A DNA stretch of 64,000 nucleotides. It comes from a virus. A program made the position numbers and the translations under genes. The notes under the pieces were generated by a model. The model was not told where the DNA came from. It worked only from the letters and a program-made list of their open reading frames with translations, and searched no databases. The stretch is from IMG/VR virus record IMGVR_UViG_3300020477_000001, positions 32,001-96,000 of that record. The stretch is one strand, 5' to 3'. The first letter of the stretch is position 1, and each line of letters opens with the position of its first letter. Below, in pieces: positions 28,492 to 38,864 of this stretch.

Positions 28492-29401
28492 ACCAAGTTT
28501 TTATCTCTTTCTTTGTCATTTCTCCAAAATCGCACTTGGAGGGAAGTTTAATGTTTATTTGGTTTGGGTCAAAGAACTTTTTTAACTTCTTTTCAGCCTT
28601 TTCTGCCGCTAAGTTTCCTGCATTATTATTCTTCGAATCATCGTTAAAGGATACGTATATTTTGTCTGGGTCAGCTTTAATTATTGAATTAAGAACTTCA
28701 GTGCTGACATCCAAACCGAACGTAACTATCGAGTTTTTGATTCCGCAATCCCACAAAGCTAGCATGTCACCGATGCTTTCTACTAGGATTACTTCTTTTT
28801 TTTGTCTGATAATTTTAAAATTATTTTTCAATGGGTACTTCCAGCTAGCTTTACCACCGTAGTGTTTCCATTTGGGGCGTTTGTCGCTTCCTTCGGTTAG
28901 GTCTCTCCCTGCAAGACCGACAAGTTCGCTGTTGTAATTAAAAATTGGGAATACATATCTCTTCGCCATGATTCCAGCCTCAACTACTCCGCCCTTAAAT
29001 TCTTCAAGGGTTTCTTGCGACACGCCTCTATCGATCCAATATTTGTGGTCTGGAATAATTTTTAATAAATATTCTTCTTTTAAAACCTTCGGGGTTTTTT
29101 CAGTTTTGTTGTTTTGGATTCTGCTTTTCTCGTTGAGGGTTCTTTCTGTGATTTGCACTTTCCCGCCGAGCCATTGCTTGGCTTCCTCCGTAGATTTCAG
29201 ATTTAGAGACAGTTTAACTAACTCTTGGAAGGAGCCACTAATGTTGGCGCTGAAGTCGATAAAGTAGCCGTTATTTTTTCTTACGCTAAGGACCGTATTA
29301 CTGGATGAATCTCTATAAATAGGCTTCATCCTTAACTCTTTGCCATTGTCGGTTATATTCGAATAACCAATTTCTAATAGTATGTCTTTAATCTCCTGCA
29401 T
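28484..29401 (-). CDS. dnaG: DNA primase (Toprim)
   Basis: RYVFPI, GLAGR, PKW, ILVESIGD, SFNDD..AG, DFGEM; adjacent to DnaB. Confidence 0.8.
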   Translation of the reverse strand: MQEIKDILLEIGYSNITDNGKELRMKPIYRDSSSNTVLSVRKNNGYFIDFSANISGSFQELVKLSLNLKSTEEAKQWLGGKVQITERTLNEKSRIQNNKTEKTPKVLKEEYLLKIIPDHKYWIDRGVSQETLEEFKGGVVEAGIMAKRYVFPIFNYNSELVGLAGRDLTEGSDKRPKWKHYGGKASWKYPLKNNFKIIRQKKEVILVESIGDMLALWDCGIKNSIVTFGLDVSTEVLNSIIKADPDKIYVSFNDDSKNNNAGNLAAEKAEKKLKKFFDPNQINIKLPSKCDFGEMTKKEIKTWYE

Positions 29402-30876
29402 TAGAATAATTCGCCGTCATTTGAGCTTTGGTCTTCTGCCGCAAAGTTTTCGTTTTCTGTGTTTACTATATCCCTAAGACTTCCTCTTTCTTCGATATCG
29501 AAATTTTCTACTTGGAAGTTCAAGAAGTTGTTCATGAACCTTTCTGATCCGTCTTGTAGCGTCCTTCTAATTATGTCGTGATGCCCAGCGGCGTCTTTAC
29601 CTTGGAAGCGGGTTTTAAGGGGTATGAGTTTATGGGTTCCAAACCTGTCGCCGTCTTCGGCCATTTCTTCTAGGCTTTTGCGCCTAAAAATTGCCACGAA
29701 GCTGGCAAACCATTGTAGTCTGTCTGAAAGAGAAATTGCTGACGAGTCATCTACTAGGGCTCCTTGAGACCCTCTTTCGCCGCTTCGGTTCATCTGCATG
29801 GCGGTAATTATCGGGGCGTTAATTTCTTCTGACAGTTTTTTTAGTTTGTCAATTTTATCACCAATAGCTTGATGCTCGGCCCAGTTAGCTGCAACTCTTT
29901 CGCCTGTAAGTTTCACGTAATCATACGCCAAGATACATCTATTGCCTCTGCCGACTTTAGAGAAGTACCAGCGTCTTACCATCGAGCAAATTTGATCTAT
30001 GTTTTTATTCCCCACAAAGAAGTGGTCGCATTTCATATTTTTAATTTGCTTAATTTTTGACCTAAAAGCCTTAACGTAGTCCTCTCTTTTTCTCCAGTTG
30101 CCAGTTTCAAGGAACCACATAGGTATTCCCGTTAGCGATGACGCAACCCTAAACTGGATGTCAACCGTGCTCATTTCTGTGTCAAGAATTAAGGCTGGTA
30201 CATTATTTATCGCCGCCGACTTGATGAGCATGTTACTTATGAATGTAGTTTTGCCTTGCGCTGGCCTAGAAACAATTGCGTAAATATTGCCTTCTCTGAG
30301 ACCGCCATACATTCTGTTGAATTCTGCGTATGGCGTTTGAAGCCCACTTTCACTTTCTGGTGTGTTTCCCCTTTCTTCTATTAGCTCTTCTACGTTTTCG
30401 AAAAGATTTACTGGTTCATCTTCTATCTCATATTCTTGCATTTTGTCTCCATAGATTTTATCGCAACTTGAAATTATGTCTGACAGGGATTCTGTTCCGC
30501 ATCCTTTTGAGTAGTCTTGAATTTTTTTACCTACGCCATAAATCTCTCTTCGAATTCTGAGTTTTAGTAATTCTTTCGTTGACTCTAGCGTTGCTTCCTC
30601 TGTTATTTGAGTAAACGATATATTGTCTATGTACCTGTAAATATCTATTTCTTCATTGAACGAAATTCCTAAGTTCTTAATTTTCTCTGATAAAATTACT
30701 TTATCTAGATTCCCGCCATTGTTTAGTATGTTCGAAATAACTGAGAAGATTGTCGAGTGTACCTCATTTACGAAGTCTTTCTCGGTAATAAACCTCTGTA
30801 CCTCTGGGAATAGATTTGAGTATTTTAATAACCCACCTAATACGTGCTTTTCTACTTTTAACGAATATATTTCCAT
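29401..30876 (-). CDS. dnaB: Replicative DNA helicase
   Basis: Walker A SRPAQGKTT, DTEMS, YDYVKL, AMQMNR. Confidence 0.93.
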   Translation of the reverse strand: MEIYSLKVEKHVLGGLLKYSNLFPEVQRFITEKDFVNEVHSTIFSVISNILNNGGNLDKVILSEKIKNLGISFNEEIDIYRYIDNISFTQITEEATLESTKELLKLRIRREIYGVGKKIQDYSKGCGTESLSDIISSCDKIYGDKMQEYEIEDEPVNLFENVEELIEERGNTPESESGLQTPYAEFNRMYGGLREGNIYAIVSRPAQGKTTFISNMLIKSAAINNVPALILDTEMSTVDIQFRVASSLTGIPMWFLETGNWRKREDYVKAFRSKIKQIKNMKCDHFFVGNKNIDQICSMVRRWYFSKVGRGNRCILAYDYVKLTGERVAANWAEHQAIGDKIDKLKKLSEEINAPIITAMQMNRSGERGSQGALVDDSSAISLSDRLQWFASFVAIFRRKSLEEMAEDGDRFGTHKLIPLKTRFQGKDAAGHHDIIRRTLQDGSERFMNNFLNFQVENFDIEERGSLRDIVNTENENFAAEDQSSNDGELF

Positions 30877-30892
30877 AACAAACCGTGAGAAG

Positions 30893-30921
30893 ACGCTAAC
30901 TTGTTTTTTAAGTTAGGTCAA
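30893..30921 (-). promoter_or_regulatory. Sigma70-type promoter TTGACC-17-TAGCGT upstream of dnaB
   Basis: 17-nt spacer with TTAAAAAA. Confidence 0.55.
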
Positions 30922-30944
30922 GAAAAATAAAATTGAGAGGGGAC

Positions 30945-31232
30945 TTAGAATAAATCTTCTTCGTCGTCTTCGTCGTCTTCGATGATTTCGCAATCCTCCG
31001 CGAGGAATGAGTCCACTAAGTCTTCGACTTCCACTTCTTCGGTAGCTTTTGTCCAGCTACTAATGAAACTATGTAATCCTAACATAGTAATTTCGCTGTC
31101 TAGGTCTCCGACTATTTCTGGCTTGCCGTCTTTATTGACAAAGAAGACAATATATCCACCCGTTGTCCACTCGTTTAGGTTATGAAGGACTGATGGGGGG
31201 ATCGAGCTTTTTTGGCGTTTTTTTTCGTCCAT
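30945..31232 (-). CDS. Hypothetical protein with acidic C-terminus
   Basis: ORF in operon orientation, preceded by AGTGTAAT motif. Confidence 0.6.
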   Translation of the reverse strand: MDEKKRQKSSIPPSVLHNLNEWTTGGYIVFFVNKDGKPEIVGDLDSEITMLGLHSFISSWTKATEEVEVEDLVDSFLAEDCEIIEDDEDDEEDLF

Positions 31233-31252
31233 CCTTTAGTTATTACACTAAT

Positions 31253-31669
31253 TTAAAGGATCAATCCGAATTTTTCTTTAAAGAACGTCTTAGACATTTC
31301 TCCTATTTCATTTTCTTCTATTTCTATTAATTTAAATTTATTTTTATCAAGCCATTCAGCTTTCTTAAAGTCTCTTTTTATCGAGTCCAGATATTTCACT
31401 CTGGAGTTACTGTGGAAAAATTTATTAAATTCCGAGTGCTGTTTTCCATTAACTTCTATGGCTACCTTTAAGGTGGCGTTAAGTAAGTCAACTTTCATCT
31501 TGGTTCCGTAAACCGGAAATTCTTCGTACACAACGTGACCTAGCCAAAAATCCTTAAAAAATTGTTTTACTCTGAATTGTATTTTTGATCTAGATTTAGA
31601 GTCCCAGCTAATGAGACACTTGGAGACGTTTTTGTTCTGGAGCTTGCCATAAACGTTATATAGTCTCAT
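31253..31669 (-). CDS. Vsr/DUF559-like PD-(D/E)XK endonuclease
   Basis: EEFPV...VDLL...IEVNGKQH...RD..K; ATG at 31669 (track start lies inside the tmRNA). Confidence 0.75.
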   Translation of the reverse strand: MRLYNVYGKLQNKNVSKCLISWDSKSRSKIQFRVKQFFKDFWLGHVVYEEFPVYGTKMKVDLLNATLKVAIEVNGKQHSEFNKFFHSNSRVKYLDSIKRDFKKAEWLDKNKFKLIEIEENEIGEMSKTFFKEKFGLIL

Positions 31670-31675
31670 AAAAAT

Positions 31676-32080
31676 TGGTGGAGGCGAGGGGAGTCGAACC
31701 CCTGTCTTTAAAACCATCTGCTCAGATATACTACAAGCTTAGTTAGTGTTAATTTTCGTGCTTCGTCACTAACAACTACACACGAGGTTGGAGGCACTTT
31801 ATTTATACTAGACTCCTCGCCCTTCCTAGTTTTTTTTGCTCGTTATCGACGCCCTAGCTCCTTAACGAGCATCCAGAGTAGGACGGGTAGCTTACGCAGC
31901 TACAGCAGCTTCTTCAGCCCAGCCGTGCTTAGCGAGGATCGCGTCAGCTTCGGCAACCGAAGGAGCCATATCAACGTTATTATTGGCAGTTGAATACCTA
32001 GATAGATGATTAAAGAGGCCCGCTATCATCCTCTGCTTGCAATCTTGCGTAAGGCTCTAAATCGAAACCAGTACGCCCCC
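31676..32080 (-). ncRNA. ssrA: tmRNA
   Basis: 5' GGGGGCGUACUGGUUUCGAU; 3' T-arm GGGGUUCGACUCCCC plus CGCCUCCACCA; G3-U pair; tag ORF 31987-31892 ending AVAA-stop. Confidence 0.95.
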
Positions 32081-32104
32081 GTTAAGGTTTACACTTTTTA
32101 AATT

Positions 32105-33199
32105 TTATTTTTTTAAAACTTCTCTAAACTTATTAAACAAATACTTACCTATCTCTTCATTATCTTCGAAGAATTTTTTAAAATTGTCAATCCCTTGGTG
32201 CTGTTTGGGCATTTCTAGGTTAAGCTCGTTTTTGATTTCTTTAATTAATTCATCTGAGACTGACACCCATGCGCCACTTTTTTTTGCCATATCAAAGGCT
32301 AGCAGCGTTTCTACTACCTCATATTCAGCCCAAATACTTTTACCTCCGGTTCTGCCGTATCTGATCGGATACTTCACTACGGTTCCTGTTTTTTCGTTGG
32401 GTGTTTTTTTGAAGGTCACTTTACACCAGTGGCCTACCGTTTCTTCTTTGTCGCCGCTCCCCTTGGTAATTAAATCTTTTTTGAATCTTTCTTGAAATTC
32501 TAAAATCCAGTCACTGTAATGAAGCAGCGCGTTCCCTCCAGAAGCGTTGGTGACTCTTGGGTCTGTTTTTTCGTAGGGGTTTAGTGAAACCTTTGTTCTT
32601 ACTTGTGAGACCATGTAGCAAATATGACCCCTAGTTGTCATTGCGAGTGCCATTTTACGCAAGAAGTCAGAGCTTAGCAACGCTCCAGCGGCAACTTTAT
32701 TGGCGTCTTCTGGGCCTTTTTGTAAGTCTGCTTTCGGTACTAGGGAATCCATGGAGTCAATAATGAACATATATTTAATTTTGTTCTTATTGTTTTTTAC
32801 TAAATCTCTAATTAGATTAATAACGGATTCATAGGTATTGCTTCTATATTCGAGCCATTTATCTTCGCTTTCGTCTATTCCAGCCCTTTGAAGCATTTCT
32901 TTGGAGAGTCTACCTTCCGATTTTACATAAACAACCATGCTCTTTTCTAGTTTTTGAAAATTTCTACCAAACGCTAGGGCGCATGAAGTTTTTCCGCCTT
33001 CAGTTACGCCACTCGCTCTGATAATACCCGGTCTGATGCCACCACTCATTTCAATGTCCAAAACCAAGCTACCGCTAGAGACAACGTAGTTAGTCTCTTC
33101 TTCGAAATTGTAATGATCGTCTTTGTTGTTTTGTAGATACGCTTTTATTTGGTCTACATGACTTACTTCTTCTGTTTGTTCTTTCGCTTTTCTAGGCAT
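32105..33199 (-). CDS. recA: RecA/UvsX-family recombinase
   Basis: SSGSLVLD, GVTEGGKTS, IIDSMDSL, SQVR, ASGGNAL. Confidence 0.9.
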   Translation of the reverse strand: MPRKAKEQTEEVSHVDQIKAYLQNNKDDHYNFEEETNYVVSSGSLVLDIEMSGGIRPGIIRASGVTEGGKTSCALAFGRNFQKLEKSMVVYVKSEGRLSKEMLQRAGIDESEDKWLEYRSNTYESVINLIRDLVKNNKNKIKYMFIIDSMDSLVPKADLQKGPEDANKVAAGALLSSDFLRKMALAMTTRGHICYMVSQVRTKVSLNPYEKTDPRVTNASGGNALLHYSDWILEFQERFKKDLITKGSGDKEETVGHWCKVTFKKTPNEKTGTVVKYPIRYGRTGGKSIWAEYEVVETLLAFDMAKKSGAWVSVSDELIKEIKNELNLEMPKQHQGIDNFKKFFEDNEEIGKYLFNKFREVLKK

Positions 33200-33560
33200 C
33201 GTTCAACCAATCTTTTATCGTTTTTGGCTTTTTTTCTTCTACTTTAAAATCTTCTCCAAATTTTTCTTTGCCGACTTCGTTTATAGTTTGCTCTCGAAGG
33301 TTAACTTTTTTAGTTAGCGTGATGTTTTTAATTACTGATTTACCTTCTTCTGTAAAGAACCAACTCAAGTCATTACAGTTTTCGTGAACAGGGAATTCTT
33401 CCCAGAACTTTTCGTCTGGTATCATTTCTAGCATTTTTTTTGCTAGAAACATATTTGTTTTAATTTGCTTAGGGCTGGCCCAAGCACTTGCTTTATCTTT
33501 GTAGAATCTCCCAATAATTTTTTGATATTTATTGGGCTTCCTTTTCTTCATTAAGGTCAA
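33192..33560 (-). CDS. Hypothetical protein
   Basis: ORF coupled between gmd and recA. Confidence 0.6.
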   Translation of the reverse strand: MTLMKKRKPNKYQKIIGRFYKDKASAWASPKQIKTNMFLAKKMLEMIPDEKFWEEFPVHENCNDLSWFFTEEGKSVIKNITLTKKVNLREQTINEVGKEKFGEDFKVEEKKPKTIKDWLNDA

Positions 33561-34584
33561 ACTCTACCATCTTTTTGATAAGCATGTCAAAGGAAATCTT
33601 TCTTTCCCAGCCTAATTTTTCTTCAGCTTCACTTGGGTCTCCCAGCAATAGTTCAACTTCTGCTGGTCTATAGAATTTGGGATTTATTTTAATTAAATTT
33701 TGCCCTTTTGGGGAATTATTGTAAAATTTTGTTTTAGTGGGTTCTCCTTCTATTTCTGTCCAGCTTCCAGAAATACCAGCATACTTAAAAGCTTTGCTTG
33801 CGAACTCTTTGATGGTGTGGGTTTCTCCGCTAGCTAAAACGTAATCTTCTGGCTTTTCTTGATTTAGCATTAGCCATACGCCTTTCACGAAGTCCTCGCT
33901 GTCGCTCCAGTCTCTTTGGGAGTAGATGTTGCCGAGTTCTATTGGTTCGATTTTTTCTTCTCTATCTATGCATTTTTTAATTCTGGCGACACCTTTGGTT
34001 ATTTTTCTTGTCACAAATTCTTCGCCTCTTTTGGTTCCTTCATGGTTAAAGAGTATTCCGTGTACCGCGTACATATCATACGACTCTCTGTAAACCTTGA
34101 TGATGTGCCTCGCTGAGCATTTAGAAGCTCCATATGGGCTTCTGGGTCTTAGCGGGTGCTTTATGTCTTGCGGTGTGTATGCCACGTCACCGAATTCTTC
34201 ACTGCTGCCCGCGCTGTAGAATCTGCAATTTGGCTGGAAGTGACGTATTGCTTCTAGGCATCTTGTTACTCCATTGGTGTTTACATCGAAAACGTGAAGA
34301 GGCATGTCCCAGCTAATTCCAACAAAAGAGTTTGCTGCAAAATTAATGAAGTAATCTGGTTGAATTTCTTTTACTAATTTTTGTAAGCTTATTTCGTCTG
34401 TTAGGTCGCCGTATACAAGTTGGAAGTTTGGGTGGTTGAGAAATTTTTTGCAGTTTTTAAAATTTGGATTAGCCACCCGCCTAATCATTCCAAATACCTT
34501 AATGTCATTAAATTCACCTAGCAGGTACTCGCACATATTGGCTCCATCTTGGCCAAGCACACCCGTAACTAAAACTTTTTTCAT
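33529..34584 (-). CDS. gmd: GDP-mannose 4,6-dehydratase
   Basis: TGVLGQDG, SSEEFG, PRSPYGASK, LFNHE, FVTRKIT, RDW, YRPAEV. Confidence 0.95.
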   Translation of the reverse strand: MKKVLVTGVLGQDGANMCEYLLGEFNDIKVFGMIRRVANPNFKNCKKFLNHPNFQLVYGDLTDEISLQKLVKEIQPDYFINFAANSFVGISWDMPLHVFDVNTNGVTRCLEAIRHFQPNCRFYSAGSSEEFGDVAYTPQDIKHPLRPRSPYGASKCSARHIIKVYRESYDMYAVHGILFNHEGTKRGEEFVTRKITKGVARIKKCIDREEKIEPIELGNIYSQRDWSDSEDFVKGVWLMLNQEKPEDYVLASGETHTIKEFASKAFKYAGISGSWTEIEGEPTKTKFYNNSPKGQNLIKINPKFYRPAEVELLLGDPSEAEEKLGWERKISFDMLIKKMVEFDLNEEKEAQ

Positions 34585-35546
34585 ACGCTTCTTAAATTAA
34601 GTTCATTTTTCTGAAACCAATTATAAGTCGATTTTAATCCTTCTTTTAAATTGGTTTTATGATGCCATCCTAGTTTATGTAGTCTCGAACAGTCTAGCAC
34701 CCTTTTTAGAGTACCATCTGGTTTTGATAGATCAAATTTTATTTTTCCTTTATACCCCACCACTTCAGCAATTAGGTGGGCTAGGTTTTTGATCGAGATT
34801 TCTTCGCCAGTTCCTATGTTTATTTGGGACACTCCTTGGTCGTATATATCTTTAAAATTACAATTTTCAAGAATATGCACACATGCGTCAGCTAGGTCTT
34901 TAACGTGCATAAACTCTCTCATCGCTTCGCCAGTACCCCAAACCTCTACTTCTTCTAGTTCTTTTCCTTTAGCTTCGTGAAACCTCCTCATTAAAGCAGG
35001 TAATACGTGTGAGTTTCTTGGGTGGAAGTTGTCGTTTTCTCCGTATAGGTTTGCTGGCATTACTGACAGGAACTCGTCGGCGTGTTGCCTGTGGTAGCTT
35101 TCGCACATCTTGATTCCTGCTATTTTAGCTATAGCATATGGCTCGTTCGTGGGTTCTAGCGGAGACCTTAGTAGGTATTCTTCTTTGATCGGTTGGTCTG
35201 TGAACTTAGGGTAAATGCAAACGCTGCCCAAAAATAAAAGTTTGTCTATCTGGTATTCGTGTGAGTAGTGGATTAAATTATTTTGTATTTGTAGGTTATC
35301 GTAGATAAACTCAGCGCGATATACATTATTAGAATGTATTCCTCCTACTTTAGCGGCGCAGTCTATAACAACGCTGGGCCAATACTGCTTAAAAAAGCCC
35401 TCAGTTTCTGATTGGTTTGTTAGGTCTAGCTCTTGCCGCGTTTTGGTTATTAAGTTTTCGTAACCTTTAGATTTTAGGTTTTCTAGTACGGCAGAGCCGA
35501 CCATACCCTTATGCCCAGCAACAAAAATTTTAGAGTCTTTTTGCAT
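34581..35546 (-). CDS. fcl: GDP-L-fucose synthase
   Basis: AGHKGMVG, AAKVGGI, CIYPK, LEPTNEPYAIAK, SHVLPAL. Confidence 0.95.
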   Translation of the reverse strand: MQKDSKIFVAGHKGMVGSAVLENLKSKGYENLITKTRQELDLTNQSETEGFFKQYWPSVVIDCAAKVGGIHSNNVYRAEFIYDNLQIQNNLIHYSHEYQIDKLLFLGSVCIYPKFTDQPIKEEYLLRSPLEPTNEPYAIAKIAGIKMCESYHRQHADEFLSVMPANLYGENDNFHPRNSHVLPALMRRFHEAKGKELEEVEVWGTGEAMREFMHVKDLADACVHILENCNFKDIYDQGVSQINIGTGEEISIKNLAHLIAEVVGYKGKIKFDLSKPDGTLKRVLDCSRLHKLGWHHKTNLKEGLKSTYNWFQKNELNLRSV

Positions 35547-35547
35547 C

Positions 35548-36108
35548 TTATTCTTTCTCGTAAACAGCGATTATGTCGTCTCCTCTTCCTTTTATTTCTC
35601 TTATATCATGCACGGTGAACCTTTCGTCTTTTTGGTATAATTCAAGATACTCTGGGTAGACATCTTCAATTATATAAACGGCTCCAGAGTTTAACTTGGG
35701 TTCTAGTAATTCGAATGTAGCTATAGAAAGGTGGTGTACGTGGGATGCATCTTCTATGACTAAATCTAGCCCAGACTCTGGGAACAGGGGGTCTTCTAGG
35801 ATTTTAGGGCTAGTTTGATCGCTGGGAGAAAGCAGTATAAGATTGTTGGTTTCAGCTTGGTTGATTTCAAGTCTGTGGTAACTTTGATCTAAGCCGTATA
35901 TTTTCGCTTTCTTGAAAGCTCTGCAAAGAAAATGAAGACCTCCGCCTCTTTCCGTTCCGACTTCAAGAATGTTCACTTCTTTGTCGTAAAACTTTTCTAA
36001 GAGTTGTGGGTAGATGTGTTCGTATGCATGGTAGCCAGCTTTGTCTGTTAAGTCTAGTTCGCTTGCCGTAATCATGCATTTCTTGATTTCCTCTTGAACT
36101 TCACTCAT
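35548..36108 (-). CDS. SAM-dependent (sugar O-)methyltransferase
   Basis: ILEVGTERGG, DLVIEDASH, GAVYIIEDV. Confidence 0.75.
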   Translation of the reverse strand: MSEVQEEIKKCMITASELDLTDKAGYHAYEHIYPQLLEKFYDKEVNILEVGTERGGGLHFLCRAFKKAKIYGLDQSYHRLEINQAETNNLILLSPSDQTSPKILEDPLFPESGLDLVIEDASHVHHLSIATFELLEPKLNSGAVYIIEDVYPEYLELYQKDERFTVHDIREIKGRGDDIIAVYEKE

Positions 36109-37060
36109 TTTCTTTTATAACTCCTTCAATGGTTCTAACGTATTCTTTTGCTAGTTTTTTCCATTCGAAATTTTCTTTTGCATATTTCACGATTTCTTTT
36201 CTGTTTTCAACCGAAACTTTTCTGTTTCTTTCTATAATGCCTCTCAGTTGATCAGTGTTGTTCATTTCCTCTTCGCTTACTACGTCAATGAAGGGAAGCG
36301 AAAGGTCTAGGTTGGCGGTTGCTTGTTCAGATATTACTAAGCCTAGTCCAGCCATAAGACCCTCTAAGCAAGAAAGAGAGTGAGCTTCTCCGTCGCTTAG
36401 CAGAACCATGTTCGCGTAATCTGTTAGGCTTTCATAGACTTTACTCTTTTCCCATTCCCCTAGGTAGTCTGGGCTACCGTAGTCAAAGTCTGGGTCTTGT
36501 TCGTTCCCTGCAAAGTCAATATTAAGGTTTTTGCCTTGCAGGAAGGACTGTTTTTTTCTTGGGTCGATTTTCGCCAAGCAAATTGACCTGTCTGGTTTCT
36601 GGCATTTCGAATCAAAAAGAAACATATTTGAATTAGCGCCATTTGGCGTTATCTTAATTTTTTCTTCTGGTATTGACAGTTCTCGGATGTATGTCTCCTT
36701 GATTCCCTCTGATAATGCAAATATATGATAATCTATGTTTTTGTAGGCATTGAAGATTTGATTATAGGCTCCGTGCTTTTCTGGTTGCTCTAGGTATGCA
36801 TAGTGACTTGTGACTGCTTTGTTTTTACAGTTAATGAATCTCATCATCGGTACATAGTCATCGTATTGCAAATGTACAAAATCCAAGTCTCTCGAATTAA
36901 TACTCTCTATTACTCCTTGAAAGTCTCTTGAGTTATATATATAGACCTCGTGCCCAAGGTCGATCAAAGCCTCTGAGTAGTCCCAGATTAAAGACTCTAT
37001 GGCTCCCCAGCCTTTTGGTGGGATAGGCATAAAACCCGGTCCGATGATTCCTATTTTCAT
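36101..37060 (-). CDS. GT4-like glycosyltransferase (paralog 1)
   Basis: IPPKGWGAIE, EAHSLSCLEGLMAG. Confidence 0.8.
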   Translation of the reverse strand: MKIGIIGPGFMPIPPKGWGAIESLIWDYSEALIDLGHEVYIYNSRDFQGVIESINSRDLDFVHLQYDDYVPMMRFINCKNKAVTSHYAYLEQPEKHGAYNQIFNAYKNIDYHIFALSEGIKETYIRELSIPEEKIKITPNGANSNMFLFDSKCQKPDRSICLAKIDPRKKQSFLQGKNLNIDFAGNEQDPDFDYGSPDYLGEWEKSKVYESLTDYANMVLLSDGEAHSLSCLEGLMAGLGLVISEQATANLDLSLPFIDVVSEEEMNNTDQLRGIIERNRKVSVENRKEIVKYAKENFEWKKLAKEYVRTIEGVIKENE

Positions 37061-38016
37061 TTTTTAATTTTATTTATATTATCTATGTAGACATCAACTA
37101 GGCCGTCCCAAGAAAAATTCTCTAAAGCATATTTTCTTATGTCATTTCTTATGGGTATACATCTTTCTCTGTTTTCTTTAATAACTGAGTTTATGTAATC
37201 TAGGTCGTCTATCTTTGCCTCTGGTATTAAGTCGATAAATGGTAAGTCAAGATTTAATTCAGAACAAGCATATTCTGAGAAAACTATACCTAATCCACAG
37301 GCCAGAGCCTCTTTGATTACTAAGGGCGTGCCATTTTCTCCTGTACTTAACAAAACCATATTCGCGTAGTTTGTGAGCATCGAGAAAAGTTTTTCCCTAG
37401 GCTTGATTTCTCCAAGGTAGTTTGGATTGGAGGTGTCAAAGCTGGTGTTGTGGAATTTGCCAATAAAATCCACGCCTTCTAGGGATTGAAATTTGTATTG
37501 CCTTTTTCTTTCTTCTATTTTTGCTAAATAAACAGATTTATTTGGTAATTCGCAGTGAGTATTAAACGACCAGTTATCGAAGTTGACACCATTTTCTAGG
37601 ATTGAGCATGAATTCGCTTTTGCCCCGCACTCTACGAAGGCATCTCTATCCTTCTTAGAGATACAGAAATTATGAAAACCCTCGTTTCTGGTTAGGAAAT
37701 AAAAAATATGCCCATAGTTATCGGCTTCGTGCTTTTCGAGTTGATCTACATACGGGTAGTGGCTGCTTATGCCTTTGCTTTCGCATTCAATGTGGGGTAT
37801 TAGGTCGTAGAATTGATCATAGTGAACGTGAACAAAGTCCCAGTTTTCAGCGTTGCATTCATTTAGTATTTCATTTCTGTCTGGGGTGTTAATAATCTTT
37901 ACTTCGTGCCCCTTCTTCTCTAGCGTGCAGTAATAGTCCCACATCAAGGATTCAACTGCACCCCATCCATCTGGTGGTATTGGTAATATACCCGGTCCTA
38001 TCAAGCAGATTTTCAT
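37057..38016 (-). CDS. GT4-like glycosyltransferase (paralog 2)
   Basis: IPPDGWGAVE, ENGTPLVIKEALACG. Confidence 0.8.
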   Translation of the reverse strand: MKICLIGPGILPIPPDGWGAVESLMWDYYCTLEKKGHEVKIINTPDRNEILNECNAENWDFVHVHYDQFYDLIPHIECESKGISSHYPYVDQLEKHEADNYGHIFYFLTRNEGFHNFCISKKDRDAFVECGAKANSCSILENGVNFDNWSFNTHCELPNKSVYLAKIEERKRQYKFQSLEGVDFIGKFHNTSFDTSNPNYLGEIKPREKLFSMLTNYANMVLLSTGENGTPLVIKEALACGLGIVFSEYACSELNLDLPFIDLIPEAKIDDLDYINSVIKENRERCIPIRNDIRKYALENFSWDGLVDVYIDNINKIKK

Positions 38017-38864
38017 AATCTAAATAATTCTTTTATTTTAGTTTTTGTTGGTTCTTCGTAGTGCTCGCTTGGGTCTCTTCTATGTGGGTCCGCATGTAGG
38101 AATATTACGTCCTTCATTTCCTCTTCGAACGGGTTCTTGCCTTTTAGGGTTCCGTCAGTGACTTCTAATTCCATGTGCTCTGGACCCATTGAGCAGTGAT
38201 TTAGTCTGCCACCTAGATCAACTATTTCTTTTTCCGCTATCGCGCTCAAAAAGACTTCATCAGTGATTCCCCGAATGTATTCTTTATAGTTACCATCTGA
38301 ATCTTTATAAACAGAATCGTAGGACTCAAGGACTTTTGAAATTAGTTCTCTGTTTTTGTCTGAGTTTTTATATAGAAATACTCCCCCCGCGTAAAAATTA
38401 CTGTTTATATCTGCGTTGAATGTTAGGAATAGTTCGTGGAAAAAATCTTTGTTTTCTGAAGGCACTGCTTTTTCAAAGAAATCTCTTAGCGTAGGTACGT
38501 AAAAATGCTTTGCTGCTCCTACCCCCTCTCCAATTTCTTCAAACAGTTCCTCAAATCTATTGTTTGCAAGAGCGGTGTCTGTGTCTACATAAACTACGTA
38601 TTCTGTTTCTGCCTCCAGTACGGCTACGTACTTCTGCCTCCAGAACTGGAAGCCGACTTTTTTCTGCGACAAATCTAAGTTGTCTTTCGACTCTAAGATT
38701 TTAACGTTGGGGTAATCGACTGGAAACTTATTGTTTAAATCCAAAACCAAAAAGTTAGTTTCACCTAGAAGGTCCGTTATACTATCTATGCTTGTTTTAA
38801 GGTTCGAATAATGCTCGTCACCTCCTCCGACTATATATACAAATGTGATTTTTTTAGAGTCCAT
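38013..38864 (-). CDS. GT-A (GT8-like) glycosyltransferase
   Basis: YVDTD DxD motif, AGGVFLY, TDEVFL. Confidence 0.6.
   Translation of the reverse strand: MDSKKITFVYIVGGGDEHYSNLKTSIDSITDLLGETNFLVLDLNNKFPVDYPNVKILESKDNLDLSQKKVGFQFWRQKYVAVLEAETEYVVYVDTDTALANNRFEELFEEIGEGVGAAKHFYVPTLRDFFEKAVPSENKDFFHELFLTFNADINSNFYAGGVFLYKNSDKNRELISKVLESYDSVYKDSDGNYKEYIRGITDEVFLSAIAEKEIVDLGGRLNHCSMGPEHMELEVTDGTLKGKNPFEEEMKDVIFLHADPHRRDPSEHYEEPTKTKIKELFRL

Noticed and set aside
31670-31717. N-terminal extension of the endonuclease ORF
   Set aside because: It is the tmRNA 3' end read in frame
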